Assembly (NCBI GenBank): GCA_937995785.1
Contig: CALKJQ010000054.1
Span: 1 to 62,447, forward strand
Reading direction: 5' to 3'
Length of the DNA stretch: 62,447 bases
Origin: Candidatus Kapaibacterium sp.
GTDB lineage: Bacteria; Bacteroidota; Ignavibacteria; Kapaibacteriales; UBA2268
Shown here one piece after another: positions 26,116-35,660 of the stretch. The first letter of the stretch is position 1; every line of letters starts with the position of its first letter. The notes beneath the pieces were generated by a model. It ran no database searches and was not told where the DNA came from. It worked only from the letters and a program-made list of their open reading frames with translations. The position numbers were made by a program, and so were the translations under genes.

Positions 26116-29022
26116 CTAATCGACTAACATAATTTTTTGATGTTTTATGGATGTGCCCATACGTATAACGACAAAATAAATCCCTTTGGGCAAAACCGAT
26201 AAATCGATGCTTTGCAAATTGCTTGATAAATCGGTTTGCATAACCAGCGAACCCTCAATTGTAAATAATTCAAACAATGCTTTATCTGCTGCATCACCGA
26301 GTGCAACATTAATGTATTGCGTCGTTATTGTCGGATAAACACGAACAATACTTTGAATTTCATAATCAACATTTGATTGGCTTGTTGAGTATTCTAAATC
26401 GTCGATAAACCAACCTACATCGTGGCGGAAATTGTTGCTCGAAAATCTAAACCTCAAATCAACTCTACCTTGATATTTCGGTAAAATTAATTCTTGCATA
26501 ACCCAATCTCGTTCGTCTAACGAGCCATCTTTCCAGAAGCTATTTTGCGATTTATTGAACGATGCCTCGGTATTCACAAATTTATTGCTCCAAATTTTCC
26601 CACCATCAGTGGAATATTCCAGCACTGCCAAGTCGTTTGGGTCGATAATTGCGGCATTCCAAAAGCGTATTGAAACCGGAAATTCCGACGTGAATGGAAA
26701 TAGCAACAAAGTATCGTTCGAATTTGCAGTATAATTAGCGTTTGGGGATTCCGTTATTGAATTTGGTTTGGAATATGCAAATTCATTGGTATAATTCCAT
26801 TTGCCACCCCACCAATATTTTTTGGGTGTTTTAGCATCGAAATCATCAAAATATCTGTTTTCGGCAGTTATATTGATTGGATCGCCAAAGTAGAAAATCG
26901 GGTCGTTACTCGGCAAACTTTCAATGCCTTTTTGGGTCTTTATCTTGGCTGTAACTCTATAAAATCCTTTTGGTTGACTATCGAGCAATTGGCTTTGGAT
27001 AGTTTTTGTTGTTCCCGAATCCGATGGAGCTAATTTTGCCTGGAAAGTTAATTTATCATCAAGATAAACAAAAATTGAATCCATATCCACGAGAGGTGTT
27101 GAACCATCTTCTCGTTTATTTGGCATCAAAATATTTAATTCGAAAGTTATTTTGCCATCTTGTTCATAGGATTTTTGCGAGAGAATAATCGGCGGTTTTG
27201 GATTGCGAGAGCCACCAGGATTGCCAAATGCTTTGCGGGCAACACTTGTATCCCCATTTGATTTTACAAAAACAGAGTAGTTATAATATTTGTAATCCTC
27301 TAAATTTTGGTCTATATATTCTTTGGTTCCACCCTTTAATTCTTCTAAAAACTTACCATCTCGATAGAGCAATAAAGTATAATCAGAAGTTTTAATTGGT
27401 TGACCAAAAGTAAAAGTTGAAGGATTATCCCAAGAAAGCTTTAATCTATCAGTATGGTCGGGAAAAACCGAAATTGCAAAGTTTTCGACGGGCAAGGGCG
27501 CCCTTGTGTTAACAATAGCAGTAAAAACATCGCTATCGCGAATATTCGAAACAGCATTTCGCATATCAACCCACGACGGATAAATTATGCCATCATAAAA
27601 AGCAACGCCACTATAATCACCAGCAAAAGCATTATCCATAAATGGATTTAGCCGCAAATCGTGGTCTTCGTCGCCAACTCTACGGTCAATCCACGTTAAT
27701 CCTCCATCTCGAGAATAGCTAACATAGCAATTAACCATAATGTTACTTTCGTCGTCGCGACTATCGAAATACATCACAGCAATATCGCCACTTTTGGGAT
27801 CGACTGCAATCCATTGCCAGAATTGGTCGTTCTTTGTTGTTTCGTGAATAATAACGGGGCTGCTCCAAGTATTTCCCCCGTCGGTGGAGCGAGAGAAATA
27901 AATATTGGGGATACTATCGGCTGCCCAGGTAAGGTATAAATACCCCTTTCGTTCGCTCCATAAGTCGCAAGCTATAACTGGATAGGTTTCGGCTCGAACT
28001 TTACCTTTAACAGTATGTCGATAGCCTCCTTGCCCAGGGATAAACTTAGTGATGCCAAAAATATTATAATTAAAGATGATTTTTGGGGAAGAGAAAGATT
28101 TGCCACCGTCAGTAGATTTGGCAAATCCAACTCCGTGTTCAATTCCATCGTTCCAAACGCAGTAAACTTCGCCATTAGGTCCGGTAATGGCAAGTGGGAA
28201 ACTCTGCCCATAGGTTGTATCCTCGGATGTTCCGGATTTTCGTGGGCTTATGGGAATGGGCGAACTCCAAGTTTCTCCTTTGTCGGTAGATTTACTTATT
28301 ACAATTTGGGTGGCGGAATCCCGAGGTGTAACCCTTTTCCAAGGAATATAAAGGTGACCAAAGTAAGGAGAAATTGTGGAGTTATCCACGTGAACATAAT
28401 ACTTATCTTCAAATGTGGAATCCAAGGTTTGCGCTCCCGTGTGGACAATCACGGGAATATGAGATTTCCAAGTTTTTCCACCATCGGTAGTTTTGGAAAT
28501 AAATACGCCGTTTTCGCCAACAAGCAAATCCGTTGTTTGGTCGATTTTACCAAAACCACCATAACACAAATATCCCGTCCCATCCAATGCAAATGCAACG
28601 GAAGGGTCGTTGGTGGAACGCCAACCCGCATAAGGGCGACCTAAGTTAACGTTCTTCCAAGTTCTTGCACCATCATCAGACACATAAACCCAAGTAGCCG
28701 ACTCATCACGATAATCAACTGCCGAGGCTATCAAATTAGATGGATTTGTGGGATTAACTGCAATCGACGACTCGTTTTGCATCTTGTAGCTTTCATTTGC
28801 CTCGTCTTCTATTGTATTTGAATTTAAGAAAATAGGCAAAAACTTGTTAGATTGAATTCTTGGAACGCGTGGAAATTTCTCAATTAAGTTTGGGTCGGGT
28901 GTGGGATGTGCTGCTTCCATCATTCTTTTGTAGGCATCTTTGATTTTTCGAATATCCTTTTTGCCGGAATATGCATTTGCAAATAATAATAAAATTAATA
29001 AATATGGTAAAAATTTCTTCAT
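26116..29022 (-). CDS. BNR/Asp-box repeat (sialidase-like beta-propeller) protein with T9SS C-terminal sorting domain
   Basis: Seven Asp-boxes (SDDGARTW, TTDGGKTW, STDKGETW, STDGGKSF, STDGGNTW, SRDGGLTW, STDGGKIW), a signal peptide, and a C-terminal Por tail (VRVYPTITTQYINV...KGIYFVVI). Confidence 0.85.
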   Translation of the reverse strand: MKKFLPYLLILLLFANAYSGKKDIRKIKDAYKRMMEAAHPTPDPNLIEKFPRVPRIQSNKFLPIFLNSNTIEDEANESYKMQNESSIAVNPTNPSNLIASAVDYRDESATWVYVSDDGARTWKNVNLGRPYAGWRSTNDPSVAFALDGTGYLCYGGFGKIDQTTDLLVGENGVFISKTTDGGKTWKSHIPVIVHTGAQTLDSTFEDKYYVHVDNSTISPYFGHLYIPWKRVTPRDSATQIVISKSTDKGETWSSPIPISPRKSGTSEDTTYGQSFPLAITGPNGEVYCVWNDGIEHGVGFAKSTDGGKSFSSPKIIFNYNIFGITKFIPGQGGYRHTVKGKVRAETYPVIACDLWSERKGYLYLTWAADSIPNIYFSRSTDGGNTWSSPVIIHETTKNDQFWQWIAVDPKSGDIAVMYFDSRDDESNIMVNCYVSYSRDGGLTWIDRRVGDEDHDLRLNPFMDNAFAGDYSGVAFYDGIIYPSWVDMRNAVSNIRDSDVFTAIVNTRAPLPVENFAISVFPDHTDRLKLSWDNPSTFTFGQPIKTSDYTLLLYRDGKFLEELKGGTKEYIDQNLEDYKYYNYSVFVKSNGDTSVARKAFGNPGGSRNPKPPIILSQKSYEQDGKITFELNILMPNKREDGSTPLVDMDSIFVYLDDKLTFQAKLAPSDSGTTKTIQSQLLDSQPKGFYRVTAKIKTQKGIESLPSNDPIFYFGDPINITAENRYFDDFDAKTPKKYWWGGKWNYTNEFAYSKPNSITESPNANYTANSNDTLLLFPFTSEFPVSIRFWNAAIIDPNDLAVLEYSTDGGKIWSNKFVNTEASFNKSQNSFWKDGSLDERDWVMQELILPKYQGRVDLRFRFSSNNFRHDVGWFIDDLEYSTSQSNVDYEIQSIVRVYPTITTQYINVALGDAADKALFELFTIEGSLVMQTDLSSNLQSIDLSVLPKGIYFVVIRMGTSIKHQKIMLVD

Positions 29023-29142
29023 TTGATTGTCCGTTTTGATAATATTCTAAATTAATCAAATCTTCATTATTAACAAGCAATTACAGATGTAAAAAGTGGC
29101 ACACTTATTGATTAATTATAACTATTAAAATTCGAGGCAAAT

Positions 29143-30291
29143 ATGCGTAATTTACTTATAATATTTATATTTATGATTGTATTGTGCAATTATAATTTAT
29201 TTGCAATCAAACCTATTGCAACTATCCCTATTGAACCAAATAATTTCGAGGTATTTACCGAAAATGAGGAAATCTTTATGGAGAAATACCTTGAATATTA
29301 TGTGCCTGCCATAATGCTCCAAACTCAATTGCGAATGGTTGGAGTGGAGCAGGTTCGCAAAATTCCATCATTTTCGTTCCAAGATATCGAAAATTTGGAA
29401 GTAAGCAAGTTGAAAAGTATTGCAAAAACAGCAAAAGAATTAATAAAACAGGTAGAGCTACTTCCCGAATCTTATAACCCAAGCCTATATAATTGCGAAA
29501 AAATGAAAGCCGAATTGGAATCTCAGCTATTCAAACTTTCGCTCGATACAATTGAACTATCCAAAGAAAAGAAATACACAGAATTATTAAAGAAAAAACT
29601 CGAGGAAATTATCGCCCAAGCCGAAAAGAACGAAATGATCTACAATCAAAAATATCAAAAATTAGTTGAAGAGAATTTTGAATTAAAGTATTACGGCGTC
29701 CTCGATAAGGAACCTATGAATTTATTTTTGGTGAAGATAACGGCAAAAGGGTCCCAACTATTCCTAAATAATAGTGATATCGAAAAAGGAGTATTTCCTG
29801 CTTTCAACATCAATTTAGAAGCAGTAAATATTGCAAAACAAAGAGCAAACATTAGTTTATGGGCTGAGTATAGTTTGCAAACTACCAAAATTAAAATAAA
29901 TCCTTTTATCAATAGTAACGACCGACAGCATTATAATGAACAAATATTGGCATTCGGAGCTGATGCGGGATTCAACTTGTCGAAACTATTCAAAATTAAA
30001 AGAATAAAATGGAACTTCGATTTAGGTTTTGGTTATTTTAAAGGGTTTGTAAATCACACAAATTACAATTTCCCGAAGTCAGAATACCAAGGTAATATTA
30101 TAAAAGTGGAAACATCTTTTTATAATTTCTCGCGACTCACACCATTTGGAGTACATTTTGGCACATATTTCAATAGATTTGCAGATGATATAGTTTACTA
30201 CAAAGAAGGTCCCCCATTATTCTTAAAATCGGGTTGGCGACCATCAATATATGCCGGCATTTCTTTCAATTTAATCCAAATTTACAAGTAG
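29143..30291 (+). CDS. hypothetical secreted protein: coiled-coil middle, beta-rich aromatic C-terminal half (possible outer-membrane barrel)
   Basis: Signal peptide (LLIIFIFMIVLCNYNLFA), a Lys/Glu-rich heptad-like segment (aa ~85-185), and a C-terminal region with alternating hydrophobic/aromatic residues (FDLGFGYFKGF, FGVHFGTYF, IYAGISFNL). I recognise no family. Confidence 0.6.
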   Translation: MRNLLIIFIFMIVLCNYNLFAIKPIATIPIEPNNFEVFTENEEIFMEKYLEYYVPAIMLQTQLRMVGVEQVRKIPSFSFQDIENLEVSKLKSIAKTAKELIKQVELLPESYNPSLYNCEKMKAELESQLFKLSLDTIELSKEKKYTELLKKKLEEIIAQAEKNEMIYNQKYQKLVEENFELKYYGVLDKEPMNLFLVKITAKGSQLFLNNSDIEKGVFPAFNINLEAVNIAKQRANISLWAEYSLQTTKIKINPFINSNDRQHYNEQILAFGADAGFNLSKLFKIKRIKWNFDLGFGYFKGFVNHTNYNFPKSEYQGNIIKVETSFYNFSRLTPFGVHFGTYFNRFADDIVYYKEGPPLFLKSGWRPSIYAGISFNLIQIYK

Positions 30292-30299
30292 GTGATTTT

Positions 30300-31169
30300 A
30301 TGAAAAAGATTATTCTAACTCTTATATTGGTCGCGATAATTACCCCTGTTTTTGGCAAGAATATCGACGAAGCAAAACGTTTTATCAAGTTGGCACAAAC
30401 TCAGCTTGATGCAGAAAAAATCGACGAAGCAAATGCAAATTATAATCGTGCGAAAATGTTGATAGGCAAACCCACAACTTGGGACGAAAAATATTGGGAT
30501 GCGGCGTCGGACGAATTTTTAGCCAAATTGCATTTAAAAATGGGCAATAACGCTATGGCTAAAATTTCGTATGAAATTGCACTTAATAAATACAAAAACC
30601 TTATTAAAATGCGAGATGGTTCCCCCGAAGCAATTAAAGAAATCTTATCAAGGATAGATGATATTTCCTCTTCGACGGAGCGAATAACCGATAATGCAAA
30701 AATCATTAGTTTGGACAATTCCAAGCAGTCCAATGCCTTAATTTTGCCCGCAGATATCGAAAAGTATAGTTGCGTTGGTTGTAAGCTCAAAGAATTTCCC
30801 TACTGGCTTGCAAGTTACAAGAAACTTAATACGATTGTTTTAGCCAACAATAACATTAAAACATTTGTAATTCCCAAAATGCCAAAACTAAAGTATTTAG
30901 ATTTTTCGGTAAATAAAACAAAAAAAATAGAAGGCGACTTTGGCGACATTCCTAATCTGGAATATTTATATCTATCGGGTTTGAATTTAAAATCTATTCC
31001 TCCAAGCATAGTTAAACTATCAAAATTAAATGTATTGGATCTACGAGGCAATAATATTCCATTTTCGGAAATAAAAACTATTATTCAATCATTGCCAAAC
31101 ACATTAATTCTTCATGATAAATATATACTTGATGTCCAAAAAGGCGAGGACGAGGAAGCAGAAGAATAA
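30300..31169 (+). CDS. secreted TPR-like plus leucine-rich-repeat (LRR) protein
   Basis: ATG 30300 with signal peptide MKKIILTLILVAIITPVFG. There are helical TPR-like repeats and then 4-5 LRRs (LNTIVLANNNIKTF, LKYLDFSVNKTKKI, LEYLYLSGLNLKSIP, LNVLDLRGNNIPF), with an acidic tail. Confidence 0.75.
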   Translation: MKKIILTLILVAIITPVFGKNIDEAKRFIKLAQTQLDAEKIDEANANYNRAKMLIGKPTTWDEKYWDAASDEFLAKLHLKMGNNAMAKISYEIALNKYKNLIKMRDGSPEAIKEILSRIDDISSSTERITDNAKIISLDNSKQSNALILPADIEKYSCVGCKLKEFPYWLASYKKLNTIVLANNNIKTFVIPKMPKLKYLDFSVNKTKKIEGDFGDIPNLEYLYLSGLNLKSIPPSIVKLSKLNVLDLRGNNIPFSEIKTIIQSLPNTLILHDKYILDVQKGEDEEAEE

Positions 31170-31225
31170 TATTTCCAATGAAACCTATTTGCAAGAATTT
31201 CGTATTGTATCTAAAAAGGTGTAAT

Positions 31226-32194
31226 ATGAAATTATTTAATTACTTATTATTAGCATTTACTCTTGCTACATTTAATTTTAGTAATTTACTATCTCAAGAA
31301 GATCCTTCCCCCAAAGAGCCAACACAGGACACAATAAATACCGAAAGGGTTAGCATATTGCCCGACGACGATTTTGAATTTTCATTTATGAATAGAGACT
31401 TTAAATTCAAAGTTTCATCGAGTCATTCATGGAATTGGAAACCCAAAAAACCATTCATTAACATAGAATCAACTAAAACAAATTATACCAATGCCGATTA
31501 CGAGGGGATTAATTTTAATTCGAGTCCTTCGGTAACCTTGATTTTGGGTTACTACAAAGAAGCTAATAACACAAAGACCACATTATATAGTTCGCGAACC
31601 GACGAGTTTTTTGTTTCGCACTATTCCAATAAGTTGTGGGATTTAAATGGAAATTCTAAAGGATACAAAACCGAAAATTGGCAATTCGGGATTAATTGGG
31701 GTAAAGGATATGGCAATGAACTTCATAAAAACTTTAAAATACTCTTTAACTATAAAAGTGGCTTATCGTGGACTAAGCTCAGGCTCTCAGAAAGAGGCGA
31801 CATCCAAGATTCAATATTCGTAACAAGATTCGACAGATATAATGATAAATTTAAATTTGGAGAACAATTCCAAAGCACGGTTAGCATTATTTTGTTCGAA
31901 CTGGTTAATTTAAATGCAAGTTATCAAAAAATGCACATCTATCCTGCACATATGTTTTGGTATTGGTCGTTGAGCCAGATAATTGAGTCGGGAGCACACT
32001 CGTTAGTTGATGAATTTGTTGATGAGATCAAAAAATTCTCCCCCGAGCTTACCCCAATTTTCAATATATTACTGAAAACAGGTTTGTCCTATGGAATATA
32101 TGAACTAAGAAGAAACAATATGAATTGGCCTGTTAGCACAGAGCCTCCATTTGTAATCGAAAACTTTAAAATCGGACTTGGATTTAATTTTTAA
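31226..32194 (+). CDS. hypothetical secreted/outer-membrane protein
   Basis: Signal peptide MKLFNYLLLAFTLATFNFSNLLSQ at ATG 31226 (the tracked ORF starts at 31178). The sequence is beta-rich and ends ...FKIGLGFNF, a C-terminal Phe as in many OM barrels. I recognise no family. Confidence 0.6.
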   Translation: MKLFNYLLLAFTLATFNFSNLLSQEDPSPKEPTQDTINTERVSILPDDDFEFSFMNRDFKFKVSSSHSWNWKPKKPFINIESTKTNYTNADYEGINFNSSPSVTLILGYYKEANNTKTTLYSSRTDEFFVSHYSNKLWDLNGNSKGYKTENWQFGINWGKGYGNELHKNFKILFNYKSGLSWTKLRLSERGDIQDSIFVTRFDRYNDKFKFGEQFQSTVSIILFELVNLNASYQKMHIYPAHMFWYWSLSQIIESGAHSLVDEFVDEIKKFSPELTPIFNILLKTGLSYGIYELRRNNMNWPVSTEPPFVIENFKIGLGFNF

Positions 32195-32242
32195 TGTAAA
32201 TCCATTAATCTTGTGTAATTTAGTAATTTTTTAATTAGCAAA

Positions 32243-32878
32243 ATGAAAATAATAGATAAATTACACACCGATTATGGCAAGTTTAAATTAAACGAAAGTG
32301 ATTTAACCGACAATCCTATTGAATTGTTCCTAAAATGGTATAACTTTGCCAAACTGAACAATATACCCGATTACAACGCATTTGTTTTATCCACGGCAAC
32401 TGCAGAGGGCGTTCCATCGTCTCGTGTTTTGCTTTTAAAGGGATTGGACGACGAGGGGTTGATATTTTTTTCGAATTACGAAAGCCGCAAAGCACAAGAA
32501 TTAGCCGATAATCCGAATGCGGCGATGCTATTTTTCTGGAAAGAATACGAGCGACAAGTTCGCATCCAAGGGAAAGTTGAGAAAATTTCTTCAGAAGAAT
32601 CCTTTGAGTATTTCCAAACACGCCCTTTGCCCAGCAGGGCTGGCGCATGGGCATCCAAGCAAAGCCAACCCCTGCCAAGCAGGTTCAGGCTAATAAGAGA
32701 TGTAGCAAAAATTTTGATGCAATATCCAATCGAAATACCTCTGCCTCCTCACTGGGGGGGGTATCGTTTAATTCCAAATGAAGTTGAATTTTGGCAGGGA
32801 CGCGAAAGCCGTTTACACGATCGATTTCAATATAAAATCGAGAATGGCAGTTGGAAAGTTTGCCGGTTGTATCCATAG
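32243..32878 (+). CDS. pdxH: pyridoxamine 5'-phosphate oxidase
   Basis: PSSRVLLLKG, QVRIQGKVEK and EFWQGRESRLHDRFQY conserved PdxH blocks. The 211-aa length fits. Confidence 0.93.
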   Translation: MKIIDKLHTDYGKFKLNESDLTDNPIELFLKWYNFAKLNNIPDYNAFVLSTATAEGVPSSRVLLLKGLDDEGLIFFSNYESRKAQELADNPNAAMLFFWKEYERQVRIQGKVEKISSEESFEYFQTRPLPSRAGAWASKQSQPLPSRFRLIRDVAKILMQYPIEIPLPPHWGGYRLIPNEVEFWQGRESRLHDRFQYKIENGSWKVCRLYP

Positions 32879-32999
32879 ATATGCAAACCTGATTTTGGAA
32901 TAAATTCGCCATCTCATAAAAAACTAAATAAGGTTTGAATTATAATTTTGAATTAAAATAAGTACTTAAAAAAATAATACTTAATCATAAACTTTTCCT

Positions 33000-33007
33000 T
33001 AATTTTG
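33000..33007 (+). promoter_or_regulatory. Bacteroidota-type -7 promoter box (TAATTTTG) upstream of gmhA
   Basis: TAATTTTG lies 19 nt upstream of ATG 33026. Confidence 0.4.
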
Positions 33008-33025
33008 TAAAAAACATTCAAATTT

Positions 33026-33613
33026 ATGAAATTTACTGAAAAAATTACATCAGCAATTGAAGATAATATTTTTACTAAGCAAAGTTTGTTCCAAACAAAA
33101 ACAATCGATTTGATAGAGGAAATTGGCACCAAACTATCCAAAACTATTGAAAATGGCGGTAAAATTCTATTTTGTGGAAATGGTGGGAGTGCAGCAGATA
33201 GCCAACATTTAGCCGCCGAATTGGTCGTTAGATTGCGTGGTTCATTCGAACGACCTGCAATTCCCGCAATAGCACTAACTGTGGATACCTCTATTCTCAC
33301 CGCTGGTGGAAATGATTATGGTTTCGATTATGTTTTTAGTCGTCAGGTGGAAGCCTTGGGAACAAGCAAGGATGCATTAATAGCTATTTCCACAAGCGGC
33401 AATTCCACGAATGTAATAAAAGCAATCGAAGAAGCACAAAAGAAAAATATGTTGATAATTGGATTTTTGGGCGGAAATGGTGGCAAAATCAAAGATATGT
33501 GCCACCTATCATTTATTTCTCCAAGCAACAATACCGCCCGTATTCAGGAAACTCATATACTTGTTGGGCATATTATGTGCGAAATTATCGAAGAAACATT
33601 ATTTTCTGCTTGA
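33026..33613 (+). CDS. gmhA: D-sedoheptulose-7-phosphate isomerase (SIS domain)
   Basis: ILFCGNGGSAADSQHLAAELV and ISTSGNS motifs. The 195-aa length fits. Confidence 0.9.
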   Translation: MKFTEKITSAIEDNIFTKQSLFQTKTIDLIEEIGTKLSKTIENGGKILFCGNGGSAADSQHLAAELVVRLRGSFERPAIPAIALTVDTSILTAGGNDYGFDYVFSRQVEALGTSKDALIAISTSGNSTNVIKAIEEAQKKNMLIIGFLGGNGGKIKDMCHLSFISPSNNTARIQETHILVGHIMCEIIEETLFSA

Positions 33614-34945
33614 TTCTGGTGTTTGCAAATCAGTTGCTTTGAATTCGCGAGACCATGCTTCCTTGCCATCCACGCCGAAGATAGTAAATTTAATCTTCCT
33701 ATCGTCTTTCTTGCCCGTAATTTCCACCAATGCATAATTTCGCTTGTTATAGCAACACCCTTCAACTCTCAGGTAGTTAGGTTCGTCGCAACCTTTAGCA
33801 TTGGGTCCCGCAGCAATTGTTGACGAAGTTAAATCAAGCAACGGGTAATCGCCTGGTCTATCTAATTTGGTTAACTCGGAATGATGTCTATCCCCCGAAA
33901 TAAAAATAACACCTTGTATTTTTTCCTTTTCGATTAAATCTAATATTTTTTGTCTTTCCTCGGGATAAGTGGAATAGTTTTCGTAAATAGCATAAGGGTT
34001 CAAAAATTGTCCGCCCATTACCACAAATTTGAATCGTGCTTTACTCGTTGCTAAGTTGTCGATTAACCACTCAATTTGTTCGTCGCCAAGCACTGTCCTA
34101 TTTGTGTGTTTCCTATCGTTTGGGGTGCGGAACGAACGGTTGTCGAGCAAAAAGAAATCAGCATCATAAAATGAAAAGTAACTAACAGCCGCCTCTTTGT
34201 CGTAGAACCCATAACTGGGGTTACCCCAAAATAACTTAAATGCCTCTAATGACTGCTTTTTATTCCAAAAACCTCTATCTGCATCGTTTGGTCCATAGTC
34301 ATGGTCGTCCCAAATTGCATAGTTTGGAGTTGATGCCAAAAAAGGTTGCAATACCTCTATGCTACGGGTGTGGGTATAGCGATGTAAAATCCCCGTCCAC
34401 GAATTCCAATCTCCCTCTCTAAGGTATAAATTATCGCCTAACCAAAGCATAAAATCGGGACGATGGGCGAACATACTTTTTACAATTTCGTGTTCGCCAC
34501 CGTAAGGTTTGCCGGGGCGGTCCCAATATTCTTCATTCACATAAAAGCAGCTGCCCGTAATGAATTTAAAATCAGGAGGGTCGGTTCGCCATTTCCATAA
34601 TTGTTGAGTTTTGAACTCTAATGGGTAATCGAACGATAGTTTCTTTCCATTAATCAAAACTGCATAGTTATATGTTTTGGAGGGCATCACGCTATCGCAA
34701 ATAAATTTAACAGTGAAGGCTTTATGCTTTTCAGTTCGAATTTTATCTGTTTTGAATATTTTATTTGAACCTTTTTCCCAATATTCAACCGACACATCAA
34801 CGGGAGAATTGGTTTGCACCCAAATCAATGCTTCTCGGTAATCAACATAGCCAACCATTGGTCCGGATTGGAGAAATTGCTTTTGTGGGAATAGAGGATA
34901 GAGCAACACAAAAAAGAAAAATAGTGAAAGTAGGAGTCTTTTCAT
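33599..34945 (-). CDS. phoD: PhoD-family alkaline phosphatase / metallophosphoesterase
   Basis: Signal peptide, N-terminal PhoD-like beta domain, and metallophosphatase motifs WLGDNLY, WDDHDYGPNDADR and ISGDRHHSEL. Its 3' end overlaps the gmhA 3' end by 15 bp. Confidence 0.85.
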   Translation of the reverse strand: MKRLLLSLFFFFVLLYPLFPQKQFLQSGPMVGYVDYREALIWVQTNSPVDVSVEYWEKGSNKIFKTDKIRTEKHKAFTVKFICDSVMPSKTYNYAVLINGKKLSFDYPLEFKTQQLWKWRTDPPDFKFITGSCFYVNEEYWDRPGKPYGGEHEIVKSMFAHRPDFMLWLGDNLYLREGDWNSWTGILHRYTHTRSIEVLQPFLASTPNYAIWDDHDYGPNDADRGFWNKKQSLEAFKLFWGNPSYGFYDKEAAVSYFSFYDADFFLLDNRSFRTPNDRKHTNRTVLGDEQIEWLIDNLATSKARFKFVVMGGQFLNPYAIYENYSTYPEERQKILDLIEKEKIQGVIFISGDRHHSELTKLDRPGDYPLLDLTSSTIAAGPNAKGCDEPNYLRVEGCCYNKRNYALVEITGKKDDRKIKFTIFGVDGKEAWSREFKATDLQTPESSRK

Positions 34946-35070
34946 AAAAAGTCGAGAATCTTTTTTTCAAATTAATAAAAACAAATTTAATTTAGTGTTA
35001 ATTTACGCATATTAAAGAATAATTTGCAATATTTATCGTTTATACTAACAAATAATTTACTGGAGTTACA

Positions 35071-35583
35071 ATGTTCAAAGAAACATTACAAAATGCAATA
35101 AACGAACAAATTGTTCGCGAAATGTATTCATCCAACTTATATTTATCAATGGCTGCTTACTATGCAACAATAAATTTAAACGGATTTGCAAATTGGATGA
35201 GAATTCAAGCCGAAGAAGAATTAACACACGCCTTAAAGTTTTTCGATTATGTGTTGGACCGAGGCGGTAAAGTAACAATTGGGGCAATACCTGCGCCATC
35301 AATCGAATGGAACGACCCTATTCAACCTTTTGTGGATGCGTTGGACCACGAAAAGAAAGTTACTGCATGGATAAACGAGTTGGTAGATTTAGCCCACCAA
35401 GAAAAGGATTATGCATCGATTTCGTTCTTTAACTGGTTTGTCGACGAACAAGTGGAAGAAGAAAAAACTACGACCGAGATTGTAGAACGGCTGAAATTAG
35501 CCGGCGATAGTAAAGCGAGCTTATTTTTCCTCGATTCGCAATTAATGAATCGCCAAGTGGAAAAATCCGAAACTGAAAAATAA
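35071..35583 (+). CDS. ftnA: non-haem ferritin
   Basis: Ferroxidase-centre contexts (EMYSSNLYLSMAAY, EEELTHALKF, DHEKKV, VDEQVEEE). The 170-aa length fits. Confidence 0.9.
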   Translation: MFKETLQNAINEQIVREMYSSNLYLSMAAYYATINLNGFANWMRIQAEEELTHALKFFDYVLDRGGKVTIGAIPAPSIEWNDPIQPFVDALDHEKKVTAWINELVDLAHQEKDYASISFFNWFVDEQVEEEKTTTEIVERLKLAGDSKASLFFLDSQLMNRQVEKSETEK

Positions 35584-35600
35584 TTTCTGTTTCATATCAC

Positions 35601-35645
35601 AAAAAAATCCCCTTAAATTTTAAGATTTCAGGGGATTTTTTTTGT
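35601..35645. terminator. bidirectional rho-independent terminator shared by ferritin and the cytochrome operon
   Basis: AAATCCCCT (35605-35613) pairs with AGGGGATTT (35630-35638). It is flanked by A7 on the left and a T tract on the right, and sits between convergent genes. Confidence 0.7.
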
Positions 35646-35660
35646 AAATATTTTAATGAC

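Noticed and set aside
28015-28644. 209-aa ORF antisense to the BNR-repeat gene (plus several 60-80-aa ORFs nearby)
   Set aside because: It is a shadow of a long, well-supported coding frame (seven Asp-boxes on the other strand), with no motif, start context or promoter box of its own.
33599-33613. 15-bp overlap of the convergent 3' ends of gmhA and the PhoD-family gene
   Set aside because: Both reading frames are well supported to their stops. Short convergent overlaps are common in compact genomes. No hairpin or additional signal is visible.
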